From positions 98,717-162,716 of the forward strand of contig JBEKOJ010000001.1 in the NCBI GenBank assembly GCA_049521895.1: a DNA stretch of 64,000 nucleotides, written 5' to 3'. Positions 29,694 through 39,271 of this stretch are shown here, in pieces; the stretch's first letter is position 1; the number at the start of each line of letters is the position of its first letter. This DNA comes from Candidatus Saccharimonadales bacterium (GTDB lineage: Bacteria > Patescibacteriota > Saccharimonadia > Saccharimonadales > UBA10212). The position numbers were made by a program, and so were the translations under genes. Under the pieces are notes generated by a model. That model was not told the DNA's origin. It did not search any database and saw only the letters and a list, made by a program, of their open reading frames with translations.

Positions 29694-30653
29694 CTAGCTA
29701 TCCCAAGTAAAACCGTTACCAAAGTGGCCGTAGCGGGCGGTTTGTTCGTACTGGGGCCGGCGTAAATCCAGGTATTCAATAATGCCCTTAGGCGTGAGGT
29801 CGTAGCCCTCCACCGGGTAAACTTTGCCGTCTACCCTAGTTATAGCCTCTACCGGTTCAGCAACGCCGATGGAGTAAGCTAGATAGCAATAAACTTCTTG
29901 GGCTTTGTGCTTTTTAAGATAATCCACGGCAATACGCCGGGCCATATAGGCGGCCGAGCGGTCTACTTTGGTGGCGTCTTTGCCAGAAAAAGCACCGCCG
30001 CCCACCGGAATCTGCGGGCCGTAATTGTCGATTACCAATTTGCGGCCGGTCAGGCCGGTGTCAGCATCAAAACCTCCTTGGTCCCAATCCCCGGTGGGGT
30101 TGGTATAGATAATAGTGTTCTTGGCGTGACTCTTGTTCTTTAGCCAATCACGAATGGTGGCCTGCAGCTCGCTACCTTTAGAGTGTTGAAAACTAGCAAC
30201 TACAGCCACGATTTTGCCGTCCTGTAGGGTCACCTGGGTTTTACCGTCGTGCGGCCACTTCTTAAACAGATCCTGATTCAACTGCCTGGCTAACATCACC
30301 TCCAGCGGCAACATTTCGGGTGTTTCAGCAGTAGCATAGCCCACCATAATGCCCTGGTCGCCGGCGCCGCCCGGGTCTACCCCCGCAGCAATCTCTGAAC
30401 TTTGGTGCACAATCTTGATCCGTAGTTTTACATCGCCCGCCAGCCGCTTAACTATTGGCGTAATCTCAATTTTGGCTTTGGCTGTCACTTCACCAACCAC
30501 AAAAACGTGGCCATGACCGCCAACGACCTCAACCGCCACCCGGGCTTTGGGATCAATGGCCAAGTAAGCATCCAATACGGCGTCAGATATCTGGTCGCAC
30601 AGTTTATCAGGATGTTTAGGTGATACGCTCTCGGCTGTTCGGTAACTTGACAT
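29694..30653 (-). CDS. metK: S-adenosylmethionine synthetase (short form, 319 aa)
   Basis: ESVSPKHPDKLCDQISDAVLDAYL, GAGDQGIMVGYAT and KVDRSAAYMARRIA motifs. The start is set at MSSYRTAES because the longer ORF (to 30725) would read through the riboswitch. Confidence 0.9.
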   Translation of the reverse strand: MSSYRTAESVSPKHPDKLCDQISDAVLDAYLAIDPKARVAVEVVGGHGHVFVVGEVTAKAKIEITPIVKRLAGDVKLRIKIVHQSSEIAAGVDPGGAGDQGIMVGYATAETPEMLPLEVMLARQLNQDLFKKWPHDGKTQVTLQDGKIVAVVASFQHSKGSELQATIRDWLKNKSHAKNTIIYTNPTGDWDQGGFDADTGLTGRKLVIDNYGPQIPVGGGAFSGKDATKVDRSAAYMARRIAVDYLKKHKAQEVYCYLAYSIGVAEPVEAITRVDGKVYPVEGYDLTPKGIIEYLDLRRPQYEQTARYGHFGNGFTWDS

Positions 30654-30654
30654 T

Positions 30655-30786
30655 AAAAAAATCCTTTCTGGCAAGAGAAAGGATATGATTTTATATATCT
30701 TTCCCTTACGGGCTAGATTTGGCACCCGCCCTAAGCGGGTTGTCGGCAGATTAACGGGCTAGTTCCCTGTCTGCACTCTTGATATT
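30655..30786 (-). promoter_or_regulatory. SAM-I (S-box) riboswitch with terminator expression platform
   Basis: Minus strand reads ATATCAAGAGTGCAGACAGGGAACTAGCCCGTTAATCTGCCGACAACC...GGGTGCCAAATCTAGCCCGTAAGGGAAAGATATAT. This matches the SAM-I consensus blocks (AUCAAGAG, GGGA-CUGGCCCG, GCAACC, GGUGCCAAUUC, GAAAGAU). It is followed by the hairpin TCCTTTCT-CTTGCC-AGAAAGGA plus TTTTTTT, directly before the metK ATG. Confidence 0.85.
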
Positions 30787-30847
30787 TAATTGTTAACGAG
30801 ATCTATTCTATCACATCATATGCGGCCCAGGCATGCATTGTGAATGG

Positions 30848-31225
30848 TTACTGGATGGTTATGATAAGTTTTCGCTCACGGGGGCCGTCGAGCTCGACTA
30901 AAATTATTCTTTGCCAAGTTCCCAGCACCAGCTGGCCATCTTTAACGGGTACGGCAACATCGGGGCCGATTATACTGCTGGCCAGATGGGCCGGCACATG
31001 CGCCGGGTTGTGCGGGTGGCGGTATTTTAGCTTGGGTATCATCTCCCAAACGGCGTCGAGCAAATCCAGGTCCGTGCCGGGATCTAAATCAGCTGTGGTT
31101 ACAGCACAAGTAGTGTGGGCTATAAAAACTGTCACCAGCTTGCTGTCCGGACCGACATATTTTTGTACCTCATCGGTGATATCTATGACTTCGCGGTTTT
31201 TCTGAGTGTTGATGGCTAGCTCCAT
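30848..31225 (-). CDS. YjbQ/UPF0047 family protein (secondary thiamine-phosphate synthase)
   Basis: IAHTTCAVTTADLDPGTDLDLLDA...HVPAHLASSIIG...GTWQRIILVELDGPRERK. Confidence 0.8.
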   Translation of the reverse strand: MELAINTQKNREVIDITDEVQKYVGPDSKLVTVFIAHTTCAVTTADLDPGTDLDLLDAVWEMIPKLKYRHPHNPAHVPAHLASSIIGPDVAVPVKDGQLVLGTWQRIILVELDGPRERKLIITIQ

Positions 31226-31501
31226 TTAGCTTTCCTTCCCAAAGGCTTTGCGCAGCTCGCTTTTGGCTTGCTGCAGGGTGTTATTTTGATTTGTGGGTAA
31301 GTTTTTGCCGGCGCGGTTAATGTAAAAGTTTAGCATGCTCATGGCTGATTGGTACGACGTACCCTTTCGTCGAGTACTGGCTTCGGCGGATCTTTTCAAC
31401 GAAGCCGCGATTTTGCTCGGGTCGTTCCAGGCAAAAACGCCCTTCTCCAAGTCCAGCGCGTTGCTGCGATCGGTAACCACTTGAGACCATTTTCTAACCA
31501 T
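31226..31501 (-). CDS. DUF3175-like protein
   Basis: Pattern DPSKIAASLKRSAEAS.RRKGTSYQSAMSMLNFYINRAGKNL. Confidence 0.6.
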   Translation of the reverse strand: MVRKWSQVVTDRSNALDLEKGVFAWNDPSKIAASLKRSAEASTRRKGTSYQSAMSMLNFYINRAGKNLPTNQNNTLQQAKSELRKAFGKES

Positions 31502-31628
31502 ACCTTTATTTTACGCCGGTCTGAAGGATGGAAGCCGCAACACTGCAAAAAGTCAGACTAAACGATCCCGGCAAAACCATAACAAAAAGTGTATACTTGG
31601 TTTAAATTTCTAACATAAGCGAATAACT

Positions 31629-33008
31629 ATGACGGACAAAAAACCACTCCGCAGCGCCTTATCCAATATCATGATCCGGGAAGTGCCGGCCTACGCTAAC
31701 CGCTTATTCTATTCGCTGGGCTTTTTATCGATGACCTGTTTTATGGTACTGATTGTCACCGGCGTGGTGATGGCTGCTTATGGTCCTGATTGGTGGCTGA
31801 CCAACTCGACCGGCCAGTATTTCCGTAGCCTGCACCTGTGGGCTACCCAGGCCTTCGTGTTATTCATCATCTTACACCTGTTGGTGGTCTTCTTTAGCTC
31901 TGGTTTCAAAAAGCCCCGGCGGCTTACCTGGGTTTTCGGGGTCTTGATGTTCTTTTTTGTGATGGCCGAGGCCGAGTTCGGTTACGTGCTGCGCGGTGAT
32001 TTTTCCAGCCAGTGGCGAAGCTTGCAGGGTGCCGATTTGTACAATGGCACCGGTGTTGGCGCCTGGCTCAATAATCTTAACTATCGCCAAATTTACGGCA
32101 TCCACATAGTGGTCGTACCGCTGCTTATCCTGGGCTTGCTGTTTTTGCACTATTTACTGGTGCGCACCCAGGGCATCGCCAAACCTTACAAAACAGGCGT
32201 AGAAGTGCCAACGGTCAAAGCTAACCACACCCGGCTATTTATCCGCGGCGGCGTACTGGTCGGCTTGATTCTGCTACTGGCAGCAGTATTTCCCTCGCCG
32301 TTCATCAAGCCCGATACTATCCAAAGCGTGGCCGCGGCTGACCCTAAACTGGCCGGCCAAACGTTCATGAGCGAATATAATCACACGTCCGATACCGCTA
32401 GCTATTTAGACAACATCGACCCCTATAAATACGACACCCGGGCAATTTATATAGAACAGCCCTATGCCCAACTGTCAGCCTTTCAGCACACGGCCAATCT
32501 GATGCAAAAATTTAACGCCGAGCCCGCGGCGCAGCAGACTGCCCAAGCCAAAGCCGCTGAAAGTTATTTCAATAACACTTATCCCGCCAAAGACAGCTCA
32601 AATAACCCCTTGATCTCGGTCGTTAGCACATTGACCAGCGCAGCCCGCACCGGGCTTTACCAGCCGGCGCTTAACAGCGATAATCCCAACGGCGACCAAA
32701 CAACTTATGCCATCCGTTTCTTGTCCGACACCGGCGTGCTGGACAACCAGGCCCAAGTGCTGGGCATCACCACCGACCAGTACGGCATGCTGCGCGAAGA
32801 AAAAGGCCACCTGCCGCTAGGGGCCTGGTGGCTGGCGCCGATAGGCCTTATGAACCACACTATTTTGGCGCACGATAATAACGGCGATCGCGACGGTGCC
32901 ATAATCTTAGGGTTGTTTTTGCTGCTTCTTATAGCTTTCCCTTTCATCCCCGGCCTTAACCAGCTGCCGGATAAACTCAAAGTCTACAAACTCATCTGGC
33001 ACTACTAA
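31629..33008 (+). CDS. cytochrome b N-terminal-domain protein with long C-terminal extension
   Basis: YFRSLHLWATQAFVLFIILHLLVVF and GIHIVVVPLLILGLLFLHYLLVRTQG give paired His on TM helices, as in cytochrome b/b6. No Rieske or cytochrome c partner lies nearby. Confidence 0.6.
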   Translation: MTDKKPLRSALSNIMIREVPAYANRLFYSLGFLSMTCFMVLIVTGVVMAAYGPDWWLTNSTGQYFRSLHLWATQAFVLFIILHLLVVFFSSGFKKPRRLTWVFGVLMFFFVMAEAEFGYVLRGDFSSQWRSLQGADLYNGTGVGAWLNNLNYRQIYGIHIVVVPLLILGLLFLHYLLVRTQGIAKPYKTGVEVPTVKANHTRLFIRGGVLVGLILLLAAVFPSPFIKPDTIQSVAAADPKLAGQTFMSEYNHTSDTASYLDNIDPYKYDTRAIYIEQPYAQLSAFQHTANLMQKFNAEPAAQQTAQAKAAESYFNNTYPAKDSSNNPLISVVSTLTSAARTGLYQPALNSDNPNGDQTTYAIRFLSDTGVLDNQAQVLGITTDQYGMLREEKGHLPLGAWWLAPIGLMNHTILAHDNNGDRDGAIILGLFLLLLIAFPFIPGLNQLPDKLKVYKLIWHY

Positions 33009-33066
33009 GCGCCTGTTTCCATAATCCCAAAGTTACTTTAATTTTTGAAATCCAGGGTTATAGGTA

Positions 33067-34347
33067 CTATACTGCTTCCGCAAATTCGTCGGCCATGGCC
33101 AATTCAGGCCTTTTCCAGTTTTTGATTATTTCACGCGGATCCAAGACAGCTTTATCGGTGCGGCCATCGCCCGGACTCGGATATGCATCTATTCGCACAA
33201 GGTTGCCGTCTTCATCGCGGTACGGTATCCCGCCGACAACATAGAGCGCGTCTCTTCCCGGATGGCGTTGAACTACATCTTCGAATAGGGCTAAAGTCAG
33301 TAAGGGGTCCTCATCTATATTGTCTATCGATAGCACGCCGTTTTCATCCTTGAACAACCTGGCGGAAGCGATAGAATATTCGTACTTCTCATCCACTATG
33401 GAACTTCCATGGATCAGCATAAAAGCTTCCCGCTTAGTTTTATCAGTCCATTCAGGGGACATACAGGTGCCTATTGCCCACTGAGCCCACTTTTTATCCT
33501 TGGGGAGATTTATATCATAGCGATGCGTGACTGAACCGTCCACAATGTCAAACACCCGAAATAGATGGCGATTTTCCGGGCCCTGCGGCCTATACATGAA
33601 AGTCTGTTCATCAATCACTGTGACGTTTTTCCCAGCCGTACTGCTGCCGATTTCGCCCAGAGGGGTTGTCTGATCGCCACCTCCAAGGGCTTTAATAATT
33701 TGCGGTTCTATTGGCGTTCCGTCATTTAACTTTTCGGTAGTAGTAACTAACATTGCGGGGTATGGTATGCCGTCCTCGACGGCGGTAAGCCCAAAAATAA
33801 GCCTGCCGTCGTCCAACATGAGCGCTCTGAAATCTTCGAACGAAGGCTTCCCGACTTCGGGTCGCCAAACTTCTCTAGTAAGGCCGGGTATGATTTTGCC
33901 ATCTGGGCCTAGAACCTTACGCACTAAAGGACCGACATCAGGCTCCACTGGCACAATGGGCTCTCCGTTATTGGTACGGGGCTGTTCCTTGTCAGAAGCC
34001 GGGCCTTCGCCGGCCATCTCGATAAAACGACCCAATAAATAAGTTTTGTCACCGACCCTCCAGGCAGCCGGATTATAAAATCCCTCCGTGCCTGCAATTT
34101 TTTCGGGTTTTCCAACGACTACTCTAGTGGCTATTCTGCCTAATTCTAAAGAGGTGTGTTCTATTTCGCCTGCGGGAGTTAGGGCTTCTACCTCACCTTT
34201 TTCAGCAGGCTGGTCTGAAGTAAGACTATCTACCATGGCAATTCCTCCTAATCTTAATCGAATTATTGGTAAATCTTCTTCTGCTTCTGCGCGCGGGACC
34301 CGGTTAGGATCCCTAGAGGCTAGTTCTGCTGGTGTAGCATTTGTCAT
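33067..34347 (-). CDS. hypothetical protein (possibly beta-propeller glycosidase-like)
   Basis: Long ORF. There is only weak resemblance to DUF1861/GH-like beta-propellers (FYNPAAW..GDKTYLLGR; MLIHGSS). Confidence 0.5.
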   Translation of the reverse strand: MTNATPAELASRDPNRVPRAEAEEDLPIIRLRLGGIAMVDSLTSDQPAEKGEVEALTPAGEIEHTSLELGRIATRVVVGKPEKIAGTEGFYNPAAWRVGDKTYLLGRFIEMAGEGPASDKEQPRTNNGEPIVPVEPDVGPLVRKVLGPDGKIIPGLTREVWRPEVGKPSFEDFRALMLDDGRLIFGLTAVEDGIPYPAMLVTTTEKLNDGTPIEPQIIKALGGGDQTTPLGEIGSSTAGKNVTVIDEQTFMYRPQGPENRHLFRVFDIVDGSVTHRYDINLPKDKKWAQWAIGTCMSPEWTDKTKREAFMLIHGSSIVDEKYEYSIASARLFKDENGVLSIDNIDEDPLLTLALFEDVVQRHPGRDALYVVGGIPYRDEDGNLVRIDAYPSPGDGRTDKAVLDPREIIKNWKRPELAMADEFAEAV

Positions 34348-34453
34348 AATGTGTGTGTATTTTGGTTTGACTTATCGCACCAATATAAGCGTAACTATAG
34401 TACTATTATTTATAAATACAATACCCCCTACCCCTCATAAGATTACGCCCTAA

Positions 34454-34470
34454 TTTTTAGGGGTCGATCC
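34454..34470 (+). repeat. junction motif copy a (TTTTTAGGGGTCGATCC)
   Basis: Member of the TTTTTGGGRTTCGAT family. The extended similarity to copy e continues (..GGC.A..CT.AGGA.A..TGAGRA.AA). Confidence 0.7.
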
Positions 34471-34508
34471 GGGCGACGAGGCTTAGGATAAATGAGGAAA
34501 AAATATCT

Positions 34509-34706
34509 TTATTTTGGCTTTTGGTCTTGGTCGCTGCGCCAGTCCTGGCTAGAGCGGACTTTTCGCCAGGCTCTGGCAACCCGGTCACGATGGGCGCTTT
34601 TGCCGACAGATTTAAGATTGGCGAACTTGCCAAAGCGCTCGCGAATAGCAAACACGGCTTTGCCGTCAATGCTCAACCGGGTTCTAATTTTTCCCTTGTG
34701 GGCCAT
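34509..34706 (-). CDS. small basic hypothetical protein
   Basis: 65-aa ORF with a possible RBS AAGGAA upstream of the ATG. No similarity recognised. Confidence 0.35.
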   Translation of the reverse strand: MAHKGKIRTRLSIDGKAVFAIRERFGKFANLKSVGKSAHRDRVARAWRKVRSSQDWRSDQDQKPK

Positions 34707-34829
34707 GGTGATTCCTTGCCATCCCTACAATTCAACATTAACACAAAAACCACGCCGACTTGTTTAAAAATCAGCTTACGCCCCGGTTTCTTTAAAGGTC
34801 TATAATGTAGGATGAAGCAGGAGGGCTTT

Positions 34830-35195
34830 ATGGGGCAAATCAAAAACATCTTACAGCGCGCAAAAGATAATACCTATTTCCGCCAGGTTCTGGAAACCGG
34901 TAAAAACGTCCAGGTAGTAATAATGAGCATCCCGCCGGGCGGCGAAATCGGTGAGGAAGTCCACCCGGATAACGACCAAGTGCTTTATCTGGTAGACGGG
35001 GCCGGCCAAGTGGTTTTAGAGGGCCAGCCAGCCGATTTTAACGCCGGCGACCTAGTGCTAGTGCCGGCTGGGACTAAACATAACTTTATTAGCAAAAGCG
35101 ATGCGGCCATGAAAATCATCACCACTTATTCGCCACCGCACCACCCGGACGGCACGGTCCACAAAACCAAAGCCGAGGCCGACGCTGCTGGCTAA
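34830..35195 (+). CDS. cupin-domain protein
   Basis: GEEVHPDNDQVLYLVDG...GDLVLVPAGTKHNF (cupin motifs 1 and 2). RBS AGGAGG precedes the second Met, and TATAAT is at about 34802. Confidence 0.7.
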   Translation: MGQIKNILQRAKDNTYFRQVLETGKNVQVVIMSIPPGGEIGEEVHPDNDQVLYLVDGAGQVVLEGQPADFNAGDLVLVPAGTKHNFISKSDAAMKIITTYSPPHHPDGTVHKTKAEADAAG

Positions 35196-35199
35196 AATC

Positions 35200-36696
35200 C
35201 TAAGCGCTGGATTCGCTATGCGGGGCGGGGTAATTCTCTACAGCTAAGCGGATTTTTTGGATTTCGTCGTAGTCTAAGGCTTGGCCTATCTGGCGGGCAA
35301 TTTCTGGATTTTCTAGTAAGCCCCCCAGTTTTATAAATGCCGCATCTAGATCAAATTCGTAGAGCTCTTTCATCACATCTGGGCGAGTTCTTGCTATGGT
35401 TTGCACTTCTTCGTCCGACGACCCCTTAACGCGCCGAATCGTTTTGATAAAAGATTCAAGCTGGCCTACCAAAGTGGCTACAATTATACCTCTTTCATCA
35501 GGCTCTAAAAGGCGCTGGTTCTCCTCATCCGTAAGAGAGTGGAGCAAATCTATTTTTTCGGACAGTTGTTGCTTATCCCTTCTGCCTTCGGTGAGCCTTG
35601 CACCACCGCGTAATACGTCTTTAGCTACGGTAATCTGACGGCTGAGACCGGCGGACCTGGCTTGCCTATCAGCTTCCAGTTTGGCCCGTTCAGCGGCGGT
35701 AAGGTTTGTCGACGCTAATTGATTGACGACTCTGGCAAACTCCGGGTTGTCCAATTCTTTAGCTCCTACTCGTTTTAATATGTCGCGTGCCAGCCGGGCC
35801 TTTTCTGCGATATAAGCCTCCGATTTAGCTGCTGGCGCCAAAGCAGGGTCTGACTCAAAAACACCGCTTAAGTGAACCTTGGCTTCACTTGCTAGCTGCA
35901 GGATTTGTTTGGCGAAGATTTTTTGCTCGACCGGTATGATTTCTTCTTTGATGCGGTCTATACGTCTAGTGGCGCGTACCGCTAGCCTGTCCCTCAATTC
36001 CCCTACAGGAGCGATATCCTTTTCAAGCCAATTCTTCTTAAGGGCTACCCTTGCACTTTTCTGCGGCAGAATAAAGCCGACATTGATTGCTCTATAAATG
36101 TGCCTTGCGGTGCTTGCTTCGTATGCCACTAATTCAACTTCAAGATTGCCGAGGGCTATAAGAGATTCAATTGTTGCTTTGGCAGGAGCTAATTTAGCAA
36201 CTTCAGCCATACTGCCAAGAATTTGTTGAACACCACCTGACTCTAATAGGGTTCCGCCCTCTGGAAGCTCTGCTAGTGTGGCTTTAAAAATATCACCCTC
36301 TTCGTCGTATAAATCTATAGCGGCATCAAGCCGCGTACTTAAGCTTTTTGGGTACCTGCGAAAAATTCGTTGGATGGCTTTTCTCTGTGGCCGGAAGAGC
36401 TTATATTTTTCTCTCGCTGGCTTCTCGTGCCCGTTCTGGTCTTTGGGCTGCAAAACTAACAGCTGTTCGCGACTAAGGAATGATAGGTCTAGCTCGCTGG
36501 GGCGTATGTCGTATGCAAAAGGGTTCGGCTGCCTAATCAGCTCGTCCAGTCCGGCTATATTGTCGCAGGCATACTCGATCCCCAGTACCGCTGGTGCGCC
36601 TAGGGTGTCTACTACGCCGCCATCTACTCTTGCGAGGATCTGCTGCTCGTCCTCAGTCAGGTCCGAAGATGTCTCGGAAAATTCATAATCTGCCAT
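35200..36696 (-). CDS. hypothetical protein (498 aa, largely helical)
   Basis: Long uninterrupted ORF. No domain recognised. Confidence 0.6.
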   Translation of the reverse strand: MADYEFSETSSDLTEDEQQILARVDGGVVDTLGAPAVLGIEYACDNIAGLDELIRQPNPFAYDIRPSELDLSFLSREQLLVLQPKDQNGHEKPAREKYKLFRPQRKAIQRIFRRYPKSLSTRLDAAIDLYDEEGDIFKATLAELPEGGTLLESGGVQQILGSMAEVAKLAPAKATIESLIALGNLEVELVAYEASTARHIYRAINVGFILPQKSARVALKKNWLEKDIAPVGELRDRLAVRATRRIDRIKEEIIPVEQKIFAKQILQLASEAKVHLSGVFESDPALAPAAKSEAYIAEKARLARDILKRVGAKELDNPEFARVVNQLASTNLTAAERAKLEADRQARSAGLSRQITVAKDVLRGGARLTEGRRDKQQLSEKIDLLHSLTDEENQRLLEPDERGIIVATLVGQLESFIKTIRRVKGSSDEEVQTIARTRPDVMKELYEFDLDAAFIKLGGLLENPEIARQIGQALDYDEIQKIRLAVENYPAPHSESSA

Positions 36697-36920
36697 AACT
36701 GGTCTACTATATACTAATAAGACTAATAGTCAATAATTTATTCACGCCGCCGGCAAAAACTTCAGGGTCATAAAAACAAAAGGGAGCTTATTTAAGCCCC
36801 TTTTGCCGTAGCTTCCCCGCCGAAACAGTTTGCTGCTGGCCACCTCACGTGGCTATTTTTATTATAGCACGAGCATTTTTCTTGCCCGCAAGCTTATATG
36901 GAAACCTAAATTTTCAGGGG

Positions 36921-37322
36921 TTAGCCGTACTGGTTCCATGCTATGTAGGCTAATCGCTTAATCTCGGGGTCTGTGTCCAATAAAAGCGTCATTCCCAGCT
37001 GCTGTGCACCCCCTGGATCCAAGGATCGTAGTTTGTCCAGGTGGTCAAGTACCGCTTTTCTTACCGCCGGGTCTGAGCTTGCCGCCATTGCGCTGTATAG
37101 CTTCGCAGCATCTTCGGGCGGACCCTCAAAAATCCTTGATTCTACATAGTTTACAAGAGTCGCTCTACCGCCTTCACCCTCATGGTCTTGCCTAAACTGA
37201 AGTTCTTGTGAATACCGAGCCGCAATTACGGGCGCCCAATCTGTTCCAGATGACTCAGGTGACAACTCACTCATATTCTTTATGATGCAATAGATTAATG
37301 AAAGGATCAACTCATAAATCAA
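36921..37322 (-). CDS. hypothetical protein, HEAT/ARM-like repeats
   Basis: ORF with a TTG start. Contains short helical repeats (SSDPAVRKAVLDHL..., DTDPEIKRLAYIAW). Confidence 0.45.
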   Translation of the reverse strand: MIYELILSLIYCIIKNMSELSPESSGTDWAPVIAARYSQELQFRQDHEGEGGRATLVNYVESRIFEGPPEDAAKLYSAMAASSDPAVRKAVLDHLDKLRSLDPGGAQQLGMTLLLDTDPEIKRLAYIAWNQYG

Positions 37323-37345
37323 ATTTCAAGGTCTAGACAATTTTA

Positions 37346-37650
37346 TTTCGGGGGATTCGATGAGAGAAATAATTTTGCTACCCGGAGTGGCCGGGTAGCG
37401 CCTGCCACCGGGCGCGTCGCCGGCTCGATGTATCTGTTGTTTAAAACAGGCTCGCTAAAGAACTCCTCGCTGAGCAGTCCCCGACTACTCAACTTCGTCG
37501 AACATGCTTTAGCGCCCAAGGACGCCTCTTTGAAACAACATCTGCTCGGGCCAGCTCCTTATGCCCGGACCTGTTAGCTTCATCTGTTTTGAGCTGATGC
37601 CCGCCGTGTAGCGAACCGCGTTCTACTACTGCGGCCCGGACCCATTTTAT
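37346..37650 (+). repeat. structured element copy A (junction motif b + 78-nt core at 37449-37526)
   Basis: Starts TTTCGGGGGATTCGATGAGAGAAATAATTTTGCTA. Hairpins are CTACCCGG-AGTGG-CCGGGTAG and CTGTT..AACAG, and the core hairpin at 37471-37491 is TGAGCAGTC-CCC-GACTACTCA. Ends GCGGCCCGGACCCATTTTAT. Positions 37371-37526 are nearly identical to 44241-44396. Confidence 0.85.
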
Positions 37651-38356
37651 GTCTAAGTTTTCTTAAACCCGAACCGATACAAAAAAGCACAGCTATGTTA
37701 AAGCTGTGCTTTGAAACAAACGGTAAGTCTTTTTACGATTTACGACCCAGGCTAAAGTGTGCCTATATATGGGATCTGTAAACGCTCGCTCGTAAGCAGA
37801 AAGATGTAGCGTTTCAAGCGGACTCAGATTTTGCTGTCAAAGAGAATACGTCTGTACATTAATAATATCACACTTTTTTATTTTGTCCAGATATCTTCTG
37901 CAACCTTTGGATAGCAAAGGTTGCGCCAAATCCTTCTGGTTTTTGAGGGCCCAAAGCTAGTCCCAGTCGGGGGCGTAGTGTCAGGATTCGGTACGGGTTG
38001 GGATAACCTTAAACAGCAGTGTGTTGTCGGTGATGTAGCTGAATTATAGTTCATAGCCATATTTGATATTTGTATTTCAAAAGGTTTTATAGGCTTATTA
38101 CCCTAATAGGCTCACTATAATACTAATGCTTAAAAAATCAATACCTCTATATGGCGGGCTTTAGCTAGACTAAGCTTGCGTTAAGCTCTACGCCCAGAAG
38201 ATCAGATTGGCAACCAGCTTGACATTTTGGAATTTTAATATTGATAAAAGTTTATCTTTATGCTTTAATGATGTTACTTCGGAGTACTTCGTTTGGTGCG
38301 TTGGCTGTTCCGAAGACTCAGCCTTAATCGTACTCCTACAAAAAGAGAGGGTTTTC

Positions 38357-39271
38357 ATGACCAGAAGGTTATGGATTCTCGCAGGCGCGATCTTCGCGGC
38401 TGTGGTGCTCGGCGTCGGTTTTGCAACTGGCGCGCAGAACTACATCATCTCCAGCCCCAACCAGATCGCTAACAACATCATCCCGGCCTGGAAGCTCACG
38501 CCGGCTGCCCGGCAGTCGCTCCAGGGCGACCGCGGCCCGCAAGGACTGCATGGCCAACGCGGAGCGCAGGGTCCTGCAGGCCAATCAATCATCGGCCCGC
38601 AGGGCCCCGCCGGAGCACCCGGGGCGTCCATCACGGGACCCAAGGGTGACACCGGTAATACGGGTCCGGCGGGAGCCGACTCAACGGTGCCCGGTCCGAA
38701 GGGCGACAAGGGTGACACCGGTAATACGGGTCCGGCGGGAGCCGACTCAACGGTGCCCGGTCCGAAGGGTGACAAGGGTGACACCGGAGCAGCCGGTCCG
38801 CAGGGGCCGCAGGGCGGCAGCCTGTTCGTGTTCGGGCCGTACGCCGGGTCGTCGACGGACTCGTCTGTCTGCGGACCCGACTGGGCAAACGACACCTACA
38901 CCAGGACGTTCGCCGTCGTACCTCAAGCCGACGGCTCGTTCCTGCTCTACGAGTACGCGTCGGGGACCTTCACGACGTTGGCCGGTAACTCGCCCGAGGA
39001 CTGCAACGTGCAGATCCCGGCGGGAATCACCGGAACTCTCTACGGCGACGAAGCGTTCACCATCCCGGCCGGGTCGGACTTCGACCCGACGGCCAGCTTC
39101 AGCTCGCCCGCCGGGCAGCACAACTCGGACGCGGTAAGCGCGTTCATCGCCGCGTTCTTCCCCGGCCAGACGCTGCCGGACAACTACGCCTGGCAGTTCC
39201 ACTACCGGACCGCAAGCAACGGCTCGTGGGACGACACGGACCACGGCGACACGGGGAACATCACCCCGTAA
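38357..39271 (+). CDS. collagen-like (Gly-X-Y) repeat protein with signal/TM anchor and globular C-terminal domain
   Basis: MTRRLWILAGAIFAAVVLGVGFA, then about 100 aa of GXY triplets (GDRGPQGLHGQRGAQGPAG...). GC is high from the start codon onward. RBS GAGAGGG. The longer track ORF (from 38207) begins in AT-rich non-coding-looking sequence. Confidence 0.8.
   Translation: MTRRLWILAGAIFAAVVLGVGFATGAQNYIISSPNQIANNIIPAWKLTPAARQSLQGDRGPQGLHGQRGAQGPAGQSIIGPQGPAGAPGASITGPKGDTGNTGPAGADSTVPGPKGDKGDTGNTGPAGADSTVPGPKGDKGDTGAAGPQGPQGGSLFVFGPYAGSSTDSSVCGPDWANDTYTRTFAVVPQADGSFLLYEYASGTFTTLAGNSPEDCNVQIPAGITGTLYGDEAFTIPAGSDFDPTASFSSPAGQHNSDAVSAFIAAFFPGQTLPDNYAWQFHYRTASNGSWDDTDHGDTGNITP
38645..38776 (+). repeat. 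perfect or near-perfect 66-nt tandem duplication inside the collagen-like gene
   Basis: GGTGACACCGGTAATACGGGTCCGGCGGGAGCCGACTCAACGGTGCCCGGTCCGAAGGG.GACAAG occurs twice, encoding GDTGNTGPAGADSTVPGPKGDK twice. Confidence 0.9.

Noticed and set aside
37355-37370. GATGAGAGAAA within the junction motif as a hammerhead ribozyme core (CUGAUGA...GAAA).
   Set aside because: The CUGA box is incomplete, the other motif copies do not conserve these bases, and no three-stem junction can be drawn.
37346-37650. The repeated element might be tmRNA or tmRNA fragments. The reasons were smpB in the window, starts resembling GGGG..TTCGA, and a frame ending ..FVEHALAPKDA-TGA that recalls a tag peptide.
   Set aside because: - No T-arm followed by an ACCA 3' end, and no acceptor pairing, can be drawn in any copy.
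- The GGGG is followed directly by TTCGA, without the spacing seen in tmRNA 5' ends.
- The tag-like frame is closed early in copy Z and has no stop in copy A.

This should still be tested with ARAGORN or Rfam.
38421-39244. Long ORFs overlapping the collagen-like gene (38421-39137 plus strand; 38440-38895, 38631-38888 and 38747-39244 minus strand), and those overlapping the 41.6-42.5 kb block (41589-42065, 41647-41880, 41717-42487).
   Set aside because: These are typical stop-poor alternative frames of GC-rich DNA. Their translations are Arg/Pro/Gly-rich and low-complexity, and the chosen frames have RBSs, signal/TM segments and operon coupling.
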